This document shows, in pieces, positions 38,810 through 53,088 of a DNA stretch of 64,000 nucleotides. The notes beneath the pieces are model-generated. The model had not been told where the DNA came from. It saw nothing but the letters and a program-made list of their open reading frames with translations, and did no database searches. Origin of the DNA: Balanoglossus misakiensis (lineage: Eukaryota > Animalia > Hemichordata). The DNA lies in the NCBI GenBank assembly GCA_040954595.2, contig CM082597.2, positions 8,461,678 through 8,525,677 of the forward strand. The letters run 5' to 3'. A program made the position numbers and the translations under genes. Position 1 is the first letter of the stretch; every line of letters starts with the position of its first letter.

Positions 38810-41800
38810 AAGCCGGTGAAACCACGGTGCTACACGCAAAACACTTTGATCACAGAAAAACACGAGATGTTTCAGACGCGCCCCAAGATTTTTACTTCGT
38901 CTTAGTTTCTGCTTCCTTGGAACTGGTAACTGTGAGTTACACGGGAGAGATAAAGCGGGCGTCCGGTCCGATTCCCGGCATCGCTTCAACGAAAGACGTC
39001 GATATCGGCGACGGCGTGCTGCTCGGAGTGAGCGAAGCAAATGAGCTACAGACGAAAGAATCCATGTCGACACCCGGGTGGCAAATTATTCCCAACAGCT
39101 GCTGGATAAGTGCGGCTTGGTTCAATTCAAAGGATGAATTAGTTCTCGGCGTTAACTAAGACAATATGTTGGTTACAAGGCAGTCTTTATCAGGCGTTTG
39201 GCAAATACCAGTAAACAGCGGAGGGGTGCTTACTGTTGTCCTGGCGAATTTTATGATATTCGCCCTGTCCAGTGACAGGCACACCATCCTGATGGCAGAT
39301 GTTGAATATCCTTTTGTGTGGGTGCATTCATTTGTGGCTGATGATGGTCCTCCTCTCGCCGACTTCACATTCAGGCCGGATGAAAAGTCTGTTCTCCCTC
39401 TGTACGTGGGTAACCTCTACCTGGCGATCTGTGCTGGGATTCCGACCACCACAGGGAGTACAGACACAGCAGGTGAGAAAAAGTGCCACATCAGAATGAT
39501 ATGAAATTTACAATACAAAACCAAATTCACAAATGTCTACCGACAAGTTCACTGTTGATTAACACTAACTGCTTGACTGCCACACCCATTTCTCCCGTTC
39601 GTTCATTCCAGTATTATATGTTCTGTTGGTGGGGGTTGACAATAAACTGTACTCGTGTACGGGTGGCCAAGCAGAAGATCCCATGAATCTCGAAGACACT
39701 GAACCGATCACTGATGTCGCAGTTTATTAATTAATTAATCAATCAATCAATTTATTTATTTATTTATCTACGTTGTGTGCGAATACTAGTATACTAACAG
39801 TATTGAAATCGGAATTTTTTCGTAGAACAACAATTTCTGTTCGTGGGAACGGACAATCAACTGTACTCGGGAAATATATTGCGAGACAATATGAATCTTT
39901 TGGACACTGAACCGATCACTGATGTCGAAGTCTTGAGTACTGGGGATTTAATCGCCTTGGATACAGAGGGCAAATTGAAATCAAGAATAAGTGGCCAATG
40001 GACGGAGGCAATTTCAACTTCATGCTGCGCGATAGGCGTGGCCGTCGGTGCTGAGGATTTACTGGTCAGCGTCGGTACAGACAACAGTTTATACTCCTGG
40101 TCAAGTCAACAGTCATCCTGGGAAGGGCCAGTACAACACAGTTATGGGGTCATAAAAGTGGCGCTGTCTCCGACCAAGTCATGGCTGTACGGATTGACGT
40201 TGGAAGGTGACGGAATCGTTCTCGCGAAATTTCAAGAACCTTTCTGGGATAAAGTTGCAACAGACGCTATGGGTAAAAAGTACTGCGATTTCACATTACT
40301 GACCGGCTCAACATCGTATGCAATCCATGTGGTAGAATCACAGACATCGCCTATAAAGTCTGTAGCTGTTACCGTTAATCCAGGCATTGGCCCTGCCAAT
40401 TCATCACAAAGTTCAATTTATTATTTGGTCTACGTCAGTATTTTATTATAATTTTATGTCAGGATTCCGTTGGCGTCACTGGAATCGGTGACGTCACCGC
40501 TGCCATTATTGGTTGTGTTATGTATGTTAGTGCCACATGTGTCAATATCCGTAATATCGTCTTCAATTTCTGTAGTTTTGACGCAACCCGTATCAGCATG
40601 CTGATTGGCCAATTCAGTTTCGATTCCAGGTGCACTCAGAACATCTTTGTTAAGAGCATGTGGTGTAAAGTTAGGTGTTATTGGGAGTCAATTTCGTATG
40701 GGTGTTACCATTGTTGTCTGATTGACTTTCTCTATCGTCTATTTATTATTTATTTTTTAGTTCATTTCCCTTTGATATGTCCAAGCTCTTATTTTACTTC
40801 AATCAACGAGTCATGCGTTTCGGTAATTTATACAGGTACAGAGCGCGAGGCAGATAGCAATGGCACTGAATTTGAAAGCGGAGGTATGCACAACTAAGTT
40901 ATAGAAAATATCACGATTGGACCAGATCTCAATATTTACAATAACTGTTGATTCAATTAAGTGTTTCATTTTTTTTTCATTTTGACAATCTTAGCGAGTT
41001 CCTAGAGTTACTAAGCCTTTCGTCTCCTTGTATTCGTCAGGAACTGGCGCAGATACAGACAGTAGTGCCTCTAGATTTGGAGGCGAATGTATGCCCTGCC
41101 CCAATACTAAATATATAGTTCGAGAGATTTTCGTTAAGTTGTGGTTCATGCCTGCATGTCCAGCAAGTGACTTTGTTTCGTGAAACTTGATGTCGGTTCA
41201 ACAGTTGGCTCTAGCCTTCACCCAGAGGCTGTCACTCGACAGGGGTACCCTTCAGAATTTATCGTCCCACTTTGTTGCATCCCTGACTTTTATTTTATTG
41301 TATGTTTATTTCAAATTCACAGGTTCTGACGACAGTTTTCGTTTCGTATCCGAAGCAAGCACTGGTGGCTCAGACGCAGAGAATTCATGTTCGTTGTTAT
41401 ATCTCACCTCACCACTGTCAGATAATTTTCATCGTATTTTAGAATGTTGCGTAGGGGCGGCTAGCGCTGGTGGGCGGCTGGCTGGGTGTTTGAATGACTC
41501 TGACTGAAGCTTACATTCCTGCCAATCTTGTACCACTATCTTCCTTCAACTTCTTGCGTTTTCACACGTGGAAAAAAAAATACTCAAAACTTGTTTTCTC
41601 ATTGACACAGTCCCTCAGGAAAGAGACTGCGTCATGAATAACGTGTGTTCATGTTAATTATGCTTTGAGAAAGATAAAGTCATATACGTAAGCCAGGCTT
41701 AGAAAAATGTTGTACCTTATTGTATATGTAGGTACGTAGGCCCTCGGTCACAACGCTATATATACATCTCTATTTTCACATTCTTCTCATAGCGCCAACT

Positions 41801-43047
41801 ACGGTCGACAATCCAGTCCTCACTTCAATTGTCACTCATGCGCCGACAGCAGATCTACTGGCAGTTGGAAGCGACGGGAGTGCAGTCTACACTGGCAAGA
41901 CTGTTGATAGAGGCACGTATGAATATGTCGGTGCACTTTTCATGGCAACCTTGTTGTATAATGATAAAGTTAATGTGATATACGGTTCGGAATCGTCGGA
42001 GACCTTCGTGGATCTTTTATTGTAGTACAAAATCTAATATGAATTAATTCGGTGATGGTGTTAATGTACAGTGTATTAAATTTCTGTAATGCAAGGTGCC
42101 TTGAAACTCCGTGTGCTTATATAAAATCGATTGCGTCACCACCCCCCCCCCCCCCCAAATATAGGAAACATGGCGATTAAGCGCGTACAGTTAGAGGTCT
42201 AGGGTAAATTGTAAAGCGTGTTTGTGTTCATTTATTTTCTGTTGATACTGTTTTTCCCAAGACAACAATTTCTGCTCGAGATGATGATTACAGCGACAAA
42301 GCTATCAACCGATCGACGCCAGATTCACCAGAGATCAGAGGCACATTTACCCATCAATCCAAAAACGACAGCATGCTGATACCGGGACAAGCCTCAAAGT
42401 CTGGTATGATAGCTGATATTGGAAGCTACGTTGTATCGCTCTTATTCAGTAAACAAGATATCGCCACTGGCAGCTCTCTACGAACAAATGCGTACACCTG
42501 TTAAGCATTCAGGACGTTTTATTGCTCACTGCCAGTATTTCACATCATGCATTATTCGATCCAACGTGACTCAAACATCGTCCAAGGCCGCCGCACACGA
42601 GGGAATTTTTAATAAAAAGGGTGAATTTTGCTCAGCAATTTTCTCTCGTGTACGGGCGATTTTTGGTGATTTCATTTTACTTTTGTGACGTGGATCCTAA
42701 TATCAACCATGTTTGATATTTATTCATCGCCAGGAACATTACTCAAAACTGCCACACACGAAAGAAATTCGCTGAGTAAAATCCCTCGAATGATTTGTGT
42801 TCATCTGCGCCCTTTACATTACGTTTCATGTCTTTTTGTCTTTACCGAAAACCTATGTTCTGGTGAATCGAATGTCCTGAGCCAAACCATTTCTTTTATT
42901 ACAGGAACTTTAAAATATCTGACTATTGTCGGAATTACTGTGGTTGCCGTGATCGCAGCGTCATTGATAGCATTCCTGAGAAGGAAATATAGAAAGAAGA
43001 AAGCCGAGGACGCTACCAAAGCAGGAGGAAACAAATCTACGTGTTAG
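38810..43047 (+). pseudogene. Single-pass membrane protein with tectonin/tachylectin-like beta-propeller repeats, a Ser/Thr-rich stalk and a TM helix; in-frame TAA at 39157-39159
   Basis: Large exons at about 38810-39472 and 39826-40384 carry repeats of type hhGVGTDNxLYx(8)W..(NS).V..V. Small exons follow (about 40836, 41323, 41793, 42261). The TM exon at 42905 reads YLTIVGITVVAVIAASLIAFL-RRKYRKKK. The start exon and the stalk junctions are uncertain. Confidence 0.65.
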
Positions 43048-43171
43048 AGAAACATGGTTTATGAGTTTTGCCATTCATGGAACCGACATGTTAATTTGAA
43101 TTACTAACCGTTTCTAGTCCTTTATTTGCGACGTTTTAGTGTAAATTGTGAGCATTGCGAAGATTGGCGAT

Positions 43172-43250
43172 CACTACACTACACTACACTACACTACACT
43201 ACACTACACTACACTACACTACACTGCACTACGGTACGGTACGGTGCACT
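43172..43250 (+). repeat. (CACTA)n microsatellite
   Basis: About 10 tandem copies followed by degenerate cggta units. Confidence 0.95.
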
Positions 43251-44755
43251 GCAAACGTTTACATGTACTGTGTTTAGCAGTGGGAAGCAACTAGCAGTAA
43301 CATCAGCAGCAGTAGTAACAGGGAGTCTGGCCATGACGTAGACATACAAACAGTATCAGAATCACATACGAGACGAGTGCACGGGAGAGTGCTGAGAGTG
43401 AACAGCAAAACCTGACTGGTCACAACTTTGAAGTCACCGCTCTTTCTTCAACTGGTACGGAATATATCGTAACAGGTGGTTGCATTTTACCGTCACCGAA
43501 ACTAGACCACATGAATATGTATAAGAATTCTTCTTTTGAATGTGCATTACTGCAACGCAGTTTGGAAATCTAGATTACGCTTGGGGCATACTAGCGGTTC
43601 CCAGCTGTCGCAATAAATTATCTTCTACATCGATTAAGGCACAGTTAGTCTGTTCATTTTTTCAGATTTGCTTTGAGATGATTTTTTCAAATGAGCAAAA
43701 CATAAGAGTGCCACGAGGTCCTATAGGCACCTGTTGTCACATCTGTCTTGCACCATCTAAATGTAGGCATTCACTTTTTAGAAAGAAACAGCCAATATTT
43801 CTGAAAATAAAACCGTTCAAGTGTTTCCTGCATAATTTTGGAAGCAAATTACTTGCATTGAGAGTGCGGTGTCCGAAATGATATGTCATCTTGGTTTCAC
43901 AATGGATGACAGTGCAACAGGTGGGTGAAAAACACCCTCAAAAAGGAGCCGGTGTTTGTAATGACTTTCATGCACGCATGTAAAACATCTTTAAGTTGTT
44001 TCGAGAATAATACTTCTAGTTCTGATTCTTGTGTAAATAGAACAATAATACCATACCGCGCAAGCAAAAGACATCGCCGTACCCTACAACTGGTGTCGAT
44101 CAGATATGGATTTGAACGTGTGGGGAAATTCAATACCAATGCCCTGACAGATGGCTTAGTCTTCAAAAGTTCGAAGAAATACAATGTGTGAACATGTGGA
44201 TTTAAATAATTGCCACACCTCGTTGCCCCCGGTCTTCGAAAATAAAATCACAACACCATATAAATTCTGTCCTTCAAGAACATCGCATTCCAGTTTACCC
44301 GGCGAGTGGGATAAAAGCTCACGCCTCTTGATTTACGACGTGGACACGAGTGACAAGTACGTACATCTGTAAGACACGCTATTCTTTACTATCAATCACG
44401 TGATCTGGCAATGTGTCCCATGGCGCAGTCATTTCCAGATGACGGGCAAGCAATATTTCGGCACCCAGTAAAAGTTTTTCCGAGTATGTTTTTACTTTAG
44501 AACCGCCAAACACATAACATGTATCAGGTATGTTGTCTCATCAGCCTCATTGCATTTCGTCTGCACAGTCTTTGTCTGCACCACGTAAGTCCACGTTGCT
44601 GAAGTTGCCCGTCATCTGGAAATTTGAATGCGACCGTAACTGCCACCTGAACGCGTCTGACGTCATTTGATAGCGAAGAATAGATAGATGATGCTTCGCC
44701 TGTATATCTCAATTCCACTTTAATGTACATTATCAAATGCCTATTATCATATGCC

Positions 44756-46950
44756 TATATTCACGTGCCCATGTAAAGTCTATGGGGAAAAGCGCCCTCA
44801 CATCCGTGCAGTTTTTTTGCTTATCACGCCCCGGCCCGGTGACCATATTTGGAAGACGCGTTCACTATCCGGATCTAGTTTTGTGTTTATTGCGCGAGAT
44901 TCGAAAGTTGTCGTTGCTACGTTCGGAATTTAATTTTTCTGGTGCGGTGTCAGTGACTAGTGCACTTGCAGTGTGTGTACGTCCTATGCCGCTACCGAAT
45001 CACATCCTCTTCCATAATCGCTGCATGTTGTAGAGCTTTATTTGGAAATATGAATAGTAAAATTGATGATTTGATCTGATTAATGTGTGACTGTCGGCGT
45101 CGATCGACGCGAAGAAAAAATAATGTTTTGCTCGCGCTCGGCTGTGTGAGTTCGAGCGCGTCTACATCTCACGTGCAATAGAATGTAAACAAATGACATC
45201 AAGCATATCAATCCGCAAGAACTGGAGGAATACGGCTCTATGCTACGGGATTGATCACTTCAAAACGATAGATAAAAACGTAATATTTACATTCCAAAAT
45301 ATTACATAATGTGTATTTTTATTAATTTCTTGTAGATTATCGTTCAATAAGGCATATGATAAAACCTTTACGGCCCTGATACGGGTTTTGCGGCCCTCGG
45401 TCGTACGGCGATTCGCGCCCTCCCTGCGGTCGGGCGCTTCCGCCGTACGACCTCGGGCCGCAAAACCCGTATCAGGGCCGTAAAGATTATATTCACGTGC
45501 CCATGTAAAGTCTATGGGGAAAAGCGCCCTCACATCCGTGCAGTTTTTTTGCTTATCACGCCCCGGCCCGGTGACCATATTTGGAAGACGCGTTCAATAT
45601 CCGGATCTAGTTTTGTGTTTATTGCGCGAGATTCGAAAGTTGTCGTTGCTATGTTCTGAATTAAATTTTTCCGGTGCGGTGTCAGTGACTAGTGCACTTG
45701 CAGTGTGTGTATGTCCTATGCCGCTAGCGAATCCCATCATCTCCCGTAATCGCTGCATGTTGTAGAGCTTTATTTGGAAATATGAATAGTAAAATTGATG
45801 ATTTGATCTGATTAATGTGTGACTGTCGGCGTCGATCGTCGCGAAGAAAAAATAATGTTTTGCTCGCGCTCGGCTGTGTGAGTTCGAGCGCGTCTATATC
45901 TCACGTGCAATAGAATGTAAACAAATGACATCAAGCATATCAATCCGCAAGAACTGGAGGAATACGGCTCTATGCTACGGGATTGATCACTTCAAAACGA
46001 TAGATAAAAACGTAATATTTACATTCCAAAATATTACATAATGTGTATTTTTATTAATTTCTTGTAGATTATCGTTCAATAAGGCATATGATAAAACCTT
46101 TACGGCCCTGATACGGGTTTTGCGGCCCTCGGTCGTACGGCGATTCGCGCCCTCCCTGCGGTCGGGCGCTTCCGCCGTACGACCTCGGGCCGCAAAACCC
46201 GTATCAGGGCCGTAAAGATTATATTCACGTGCCCATGTAAAGTCTATGGGGAAAAGCGCCCTCACATCCGTGCAGTTTTTTTGCTTATCACGCCCCGGCC
46301 CGGTGACCATATTTGGAAGACGCGTTCAATATCCGGATCTAGTTTTGTGTTTATTGCGCGAGATTCGAAAGTTGTCGTTGCTATGTTCTGAATTAAATTT
46401 TTCCGGTGCGGTGTCAGTGACTAGTGCACTTGCAGTGTGTGTATGTCCTATGCCGCTAGCGAATCCCATCATCTCCCGTAATCGCTGCATGTTGTAGAGC
46501 TTTATTTGGAAATATGAATAGTAAAATTGATGATTTGATCTGATTAATGTGTGACTGTCGGCGTCGATCGTCGCGAAGAAAAAATAATGTTTTGCTCGCG
46601 CTCGGCTGTGTGAGTTCGAGCGCGTCTATATCTCACGTGCAATAGAATGTAAACAAATGACATCGCGCATATCAATCCGCAAGAACTGGAGGAATGCGCC
46701 TCTATGCTACGGGATAGATCATTTCAAAACGATAGATAAACACGTAATATTTACATTCCAAAATATTACAGAATGTGTATTTTATTAGTTTCTTGTAGAT
46801 TATCGTTCAATAAGGCATATGATAAAACCTTTACGGCCCTGATACGGGTTTTGCGGCCCTCGGTCGTACGGCGATTCGCGCCCTCCCTGCGGTCGGGCGC
46901 TTCCGCCGTACGACCTCGGGCCGCAAAACCCGTATCAGGGCCGTAAAGAT
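44756..46950 (+). repeat. Tandem array of three 732-bp units, each ending in a GC-rich hairpin of about 118 bp
   Basis: Unit starts at 44756, 45488 and 46220. Hairpin: ctttacggccctgatacgggttttgcggccc...gggccgcaaaacccgtatcagggccgtaaag. Confidence 0.9.
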
Positions 46951-47259
46951 TAGTATATTTGTAAATGTCCGACTTTTTCGAGTATGCATCGTGATGGAGA
47001 AACGTTCATGAGACTATGCTTTTACCTGAAGGTGTCAACTGATGTTGGTTCGAGACCACTTTTTTCTACTTCTTTTGTGTGTGAGAAATTTTAACGACAT
47101 TATCATTTGAATTGTTATCATTTTCATAAATCCAATTCATTTCAATATCTACGCTGCGTTTTTTATCTGTCGGGTATAAGAAACATGCAGGGAAACGTGA
47201 TCATTTTTCTTGTCGCGGTTCACCTGGGCAAGTCTGAATACGGAGGGTTAGGGTTGGGA

Positions 47260-47521
47260 ATCCAAATTTTTGGCCCAATTTTTGGGGTACCCTCAGCTGA
47301 CCTTTGAAGTACTTACTGAAGTACTTACATAACGTACAAGTTCACTTTTGGTTGTTGTGTTCGTACTTGTAGGACATCCATTTCGGGTGGTTGCCTACTT
47401 ACCCACATCTCCACATCCAGAGCAAATACATCCTAGGCATTTGAATGGTACAACCCTGAATGGAGTCTAATGGTTATTATCTCTATGCTTGGGCCCCTTC
47501 AATGCTGCTTGCAGCTTTAAT
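47260..47521 (+). mobile_element. 3'-end fragment of the repeat at 36500-38588
   Basis: Near-identical to 38340-38588. Confidence 0.75.
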
Positions 47522-49329
47522 ATGATCTGATGTTTTGTAGTGTTGCTATAGTAACACTGTTAGTTGTCACCAGTTTACAGCTAGCGCACGGCCTTGCGAC
47601 ATTTGATGCAATAAATGTTGGATTGTCGCAACAAAATAATCTTTATGGGTCACTTTGACGCATTCTTACTGAGTGAGCAACAATATGACTGATTGTCATC
47701 TCCCGTACTTTTGCTTTGCGTCCACCTTTGCTTTCACTGGAACTTGTTACTCAGTTTCAATTTTTGATAATTTAGTGAACACAACTGAGTGATTTCACAC
47801 CTTGCACAGCTTTAATCACCCTAGAAGCAACACAGCTCTGCACGCTGTCAAGACCAGTGCGCTGCCATTTTATTCAGTGCACAAGTTATCTTTACACAGG
47901 CGTCCTATAAATAGCATCAATAGCCTAGTAACACAAGCAACGCACTGAGCGAACGCGCATTGTAACAACTTAGCTAAACTTAACAAATGATGAAGCAACT
48001 TTTGTTGGAGGTCATGCCAATGTATGTGCGTCTGCACAGGCTTATAAAATTAACAGCGGCCCAGGGCTGGTCATAATTGGACAGGCAGGTAAATTTCATC
48101 GTCACCTGCCCTGATTTATGCCAACTTGATAAGAGAAACTTTAAAATACTTCGCACTATTTAACGTAGTTTAGAATATGAATGGTATGATAACAAAAATA
48201 AGTATTATCAAAGCAATTAATCTGATCCTAAATGTTGATCTTTTTGCCCCAAAAACAATACACAATAAAATTTCTTCACCAATGGCAGTACATAATTAAC
48301 ACACAATCTGAGATGTCTTAGGATATGTCCAATTTCTAAAAATTACATACATGTACCGGGTAGTAGGATATAAAATTTAACCCGCACTGAAAACTTGTGA
48401 ACTTGGCATGAGCAGGCAGACTGTTTCATTGAGGATGGTATAAACAAGAGGGGGGGGGGATTCCACTCTGGCAATTAGGGGGGACTGTAATAACTCTAGC
48501 TGGGCAGGTAAATTTTCAGAGTGTGTATCGAATGGGCAGGTAAGCAAGCAAACCAGAAATCTCAAGGCCTGACTGCATAACTAGAAAGCAGACTGCAGAC
48601 ACCCAATTATAATAATTTATATCGATGTTTAGTGGCCAGAGTGATGTCCAAAAACAGCTATGATTATGGAAATTTTATGGAAATTAGCCCTGACTCTATG
48701 ATTTTTTCCTAGGGAGAACCCTGTCCTGATATATTGTGCCTCGAAAATATGATTTGTTCCTCTTTCTAACCTGCTGCGGGTCACAATGTCCCCATGCTTT
48801 CAAAAGCTGCTGAAACATTGTGTCACCATGTTGTCTTCAAGAAAAAATTCACATTTCACTATTGGTATAATACTCTCTATTAGCACAGGGGGTTGCAAAC
48901 ATTAAAGTTATAAATGGCGGAGTTCTGATCTGCATTTCCCCACCTGTCTTATCATTTGCTAATCTAGAATACTAGTACAAGCTTTCGAATTTCCAATTAA
49001 GCACCTGTTAACGACTAAATCTGTGTGCCCCATGATTAAGTTGATAAAGTAAACATCGGTCAGCGAGTACTGGGTATAACAATGTTATCACACTTAGATG
49101 AATGATGAATTCATAGCTGAGTGTTATGTTGATAAATAATTTCACTATATGTTTTCAGATTTTCTTTACTACAATTCAGAGTACTTCCTTAACCCTTTCA
49201 GCCCCATTTCACTGTGTAAAGGTCCAACACTGCCATTGGAGAACAATGGAGTTATTAGTTCAGTTCAGTTCAGTTCAGGGAATAGATATCCTTCCGGATA
49301 ATGAAACATCCCTCCTGGTAAAACATATG

Positions 49330-52130
49330 CTAGTGATGGTCGATACAATCTTTGTTGCGCTGGTAACTGTCATAATTGTTCTTAAAGGAGTTGGTGCTGC
49401 TGGCGTTGACCACCCAATCCGGAAGACTGTTCCATTTGTTGACAACCCTCGGCGTAAATGAATACTTTCTAATGTCTAGTTTTGTTGCAGGTTTGTGTAA
49501 TTTGAAAGCATGACCCCTGGTTCTGGATAAACTGTTAATCTTGAAAGCAATATTACAAGAATCAATGTCGTTTAGAATTTTGAAAACTTCGATCATATCT
49601 CCTCTCACTCTCCTATCCTTCAAAGTCGGTAGGTTCAAGGCAGACAGACGCTGCTCATAGGGCTTATGTTGGAGTTGAGGGATCATTTTTGTTGCACGAC
49701 GCTGCACCTGTTCGAGAATGTCAATGTCTTTTCTTAGCCAAGGTGACCAAGCCTGAACCGAGTACTCAAGTCGTGGCCTTACCAGCTGCTTGTACAAACG
49801 CAAAATTATATCCTTGGATTTAAATAAAAGAGTTCTTTTCATCATCCCCAGAACTTTGTTTGCCTTTTTCGCTGCTTCTACACACTGTCGTGATGGTTTC
49901 AAGCTCCTATGAACAATGACACCCAGATCCTTTTCTTCATCAATACTTTCCAGTGGAATATTATTCATGTTGTAGATATGGTTTGGGTTCTTGCTCCCAA
50001 GGTGCATCACTTTACATTTTTTTTACGTTGAAGCTCATTTGCCAGTCACAGGCCCACGTGTGCAGCCTATCCAGATCTAACTGTAAAACTGTTCTGTCGT
50101 CTTAATTGCCAACACGGTTATATAGTTTGGTATCGTCCGCAAATTTCTTGATTGCTGATTTAATTCCCACATCGATGTCATTTATATAAATCAAAAATAG
50201 CACTGGGCCGAGGACCGAGCCCTGTGGAACACCACTAGAAACAGACTGCCACATAGATGAGACTCCATTTAGCACCACACGCTGCTCTCTATCAGTCAAC
50301 CAAGCCTCTATCCACTTGGCAATTTGGCCTCTGATTCCATGACTGATTAATTTAGTACAGAGTCTACCGTGAGGAACTTTGTCAAAAGCTTTAGCAAAAT
50401 CCAAAAACACTACATCCACTGGGCCGTCCTCGTCCATGAACTGAGTTATCTCGTCTAGGAATTCCAACAAGTTAGTCATACAAGATTTTCCGTGGCAAAA
50501 ACCGTGTTGTGAGTTAGTGATCAAGTTGTGCTTGTTCAAATGGCTAACAATCTGGTCCCTGATGATGGACTCCAAAATCTTGCCGCAAACGCTGGTTAAG
50601 CTGACTGGACGATAATTACCCGGATCAGATTTTGCACCCTTTTTAAAGATAGGAGTAACGTTAGCTTTCTTCCAGTCGTCTGGGACCGCTCCTGTATCCA
50701 AGGAATTGTTGAAAAGCATTGTTAAGGGAATTGCAAGCTGCTCAGCACAGTTTTTCAAAACACATGTAAGGATCCTGTCCGGGCCCGGAGCTTTAAAGGA
50801 GCATAAACTGCCTAGTTTCTTTGTAACAATATCTTGATTTATCAGTACATGGTGTAACTCATCCTCCTTTGGTAGATTGCCTCTTTTGTCTAGTCCAGGT
50901 ATGCTCAGCATGTCCTCCTTCGTGAACACGGAAACAAAGAAGTGGTTGAGAATGTCTGCCATATCGCTGTCGTTGACGCAACGCAATCAATTGCTGCCAA
51001 TTAAGGGACCTATTGTGTCCTTTGTTTTTTGTTTGGAGCGGGCGTAGGCAAAAAACGCTTTAGGATTGTCCTTGATGTGGTCAGCCAGGTTATTTTCATA
51101 AAGTCTTTTTGCCCGTCTGACTTCTTTTATAACATAACTCTGCTGCTGTCTGTAAATTTGATAATCGTGTGAGCTTCTGCTTTGAGTGTAAATACGCCAC
51201 ATTTTCCTTTTCTTCCTCACTTAATGTAGTACCTGTCTTGTCATCCATTGGGGCCTGGATCTCTTTTTTCGTGGCTTCAGTGGTATACATTGGGAAGATA
51301 TTTCATTTACAGTGTCCTTGATGAATTGCCACATATTGTGTGCTGATTTCCCGGCCAAATTCTTTTTCCAGTCAATTTCAGCCAGTGCTAAGGACAATTT
51401 GGCGAAATCTGCCTTACGTAGATCAGGGACATATCCAGTTGGTGACGAAGTCACTGTCAAAACTTGCACCTCAAATTCAATTAACACATGGTCACTATTT
51501 CCCAGATGGCCGACTGCAGTAGTCTCACTTATCATTTCCGGTTCGCTGGATAGGACAAGGTCCAGGCAATTTCTACCTCTCGTGGGGAAGTCAACATGTT
51601 GAGTTAAAAAATTATCTTGTATGCAGCACAGGAACTCTTCACTTTGATTGTCAGAAATGAGTGATGACCAACTGATACTAGGGAAATTAAAGTCGCTACA
51701 TATAACAGTATGGTTAGCTGCCGCATGGGAAAGTACTTTATACAGATTTTTGTTGTTTTCCTCAGAGCTATTTGGCGAACGGTACACAACAACAAACAAA
51801 ACAGGAGGAGTTTTATCTAAGGAAATCTCGCACCAGACGGAGTTTGTGAAGTTGTAGGCTTGAAACTTTGTTACTTCCACTGCTGTGTAATCTTCCTTCA
51901 CATACAAGAGTACTCCACCCCCTCGGCCGTTAAGTGTGTCAGTTCTATCCTGCCTAAATGGAACATGGTAACCGTTAAAACATAGTTCAGCAGATCCGAT
52001 ATCAGCATATGTCCATGCTTCTGTGATGGCAATAACATCATAGTCCCCAACCGTGATTAACGAAGCGAGTTCATCCCGTTTGTTCATTAAGCTTTGGGCA
52101 TTAGTGTAGATGCATTTTAGAGAGGTTTTC
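49330..52130 (-). pseudogene. CR1 ORF2 (endonuclease-reverse transcriptase), broken by stops near 51221, 50987 and 50102 and a frameshift near 50020
   Basis: Consecutive ORF pieces 51221-52087, 50987-51220, 50102-50986 and 49330-50010. Confidence 0.95.
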
Positions 52131-52169
52131 TTATTAGTATATACAGTATTTACATTATGTTCGACTCCA

Positions 52170-53088
52170 GCTAGTCGTTTTTTGACCGGTCACCATTGTT
52201 CACCTGGATAATGTGACCTCTTCTAATCCTCAAGTTCTTTTCGCCCATTTCAATTCTCCTTTTCATCTCTCTTTTCAACGCTTGGTCTTCTTCCTGTTGT
52301 TTTTTAGTTCAGTCAGGAGTGATAAACACCTCGGTAAAATCTTTCCTGCAACTTGATTTCAGCTTCTTTGCATTCATGAAAATCAGTCTTCTATCCGCTG
52401 GCTCATGCAATACCATCTTGATTGGTCTGGAGTAGGTTTCGCCTCTCTTCAGACCAATGCGCTGAACTGTGAATTTGGCCTGCGTTATAGTAGGTAACGC
52501 TATCTCCTTCATGATCTCCTCGACCACTATTTCATCTGCTTTTCCTTCAACTTCTTTACAGTGCTTTATCATCACATTGTTGCGTCTTCTTTCTCTGTCC
52601 ATCTCCTCCCATACATATTCAGGAACTGATTGTTTTATATCAGAAACACTTGCTTTGACTTCCGTTATAGATCCATCTATTTTTGTCAAGGATACGCTCA
52701 TGTCCTGCACATCCCTCTCAAGTTTCTCTTGTCTTTGCTCAAATTGGCTCATCATTTTCAGTAGACTAGCGGCACAGGTGTTGCACTTAGCACAATACCA
52801 ATGGATCGGACTATTGTCGTCGTTCGCGTTGGCACTCAAAAACTAGTAGGTAGATTTGTTCACATTTTCGCAGGCAATATGATGCCAAAAGTTACATATG
52901 CCACATAGAATTGCGTCATCGTTCTCATCTACAGATTTTATACATGTTCCGCATCGGTTGGAGATGTCCGTCGCTGGGATATTGCCAGTCTTTTCCTTCG
53001 ATTTTGATGCGCTACCTCTACGGGTTGCGTATTGTCTTGCTGATGTCTTCGATGTCATGTGCGCCATATTGGACGCCATTTTGAACAT
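52170..53088 (-). pseudogene. CR1 ORF1 (PHD finger, coiled coil, RRM-like/C-terminal domain), interrupted
   Basis: CGTC..ILCGICNFWHHIAC..WYCAKC, RERRRNNVMI, RPIKMVL and VFITPD motifs. In-frame TAG near 52843. Confidence 0.9.

Noticed and set aside
44737-46497. Repeated identical ORFs of 83-107 aa
   Set aside because: They are a by-product of the 732-bp tandem repeat and its GC-rich hairpin.
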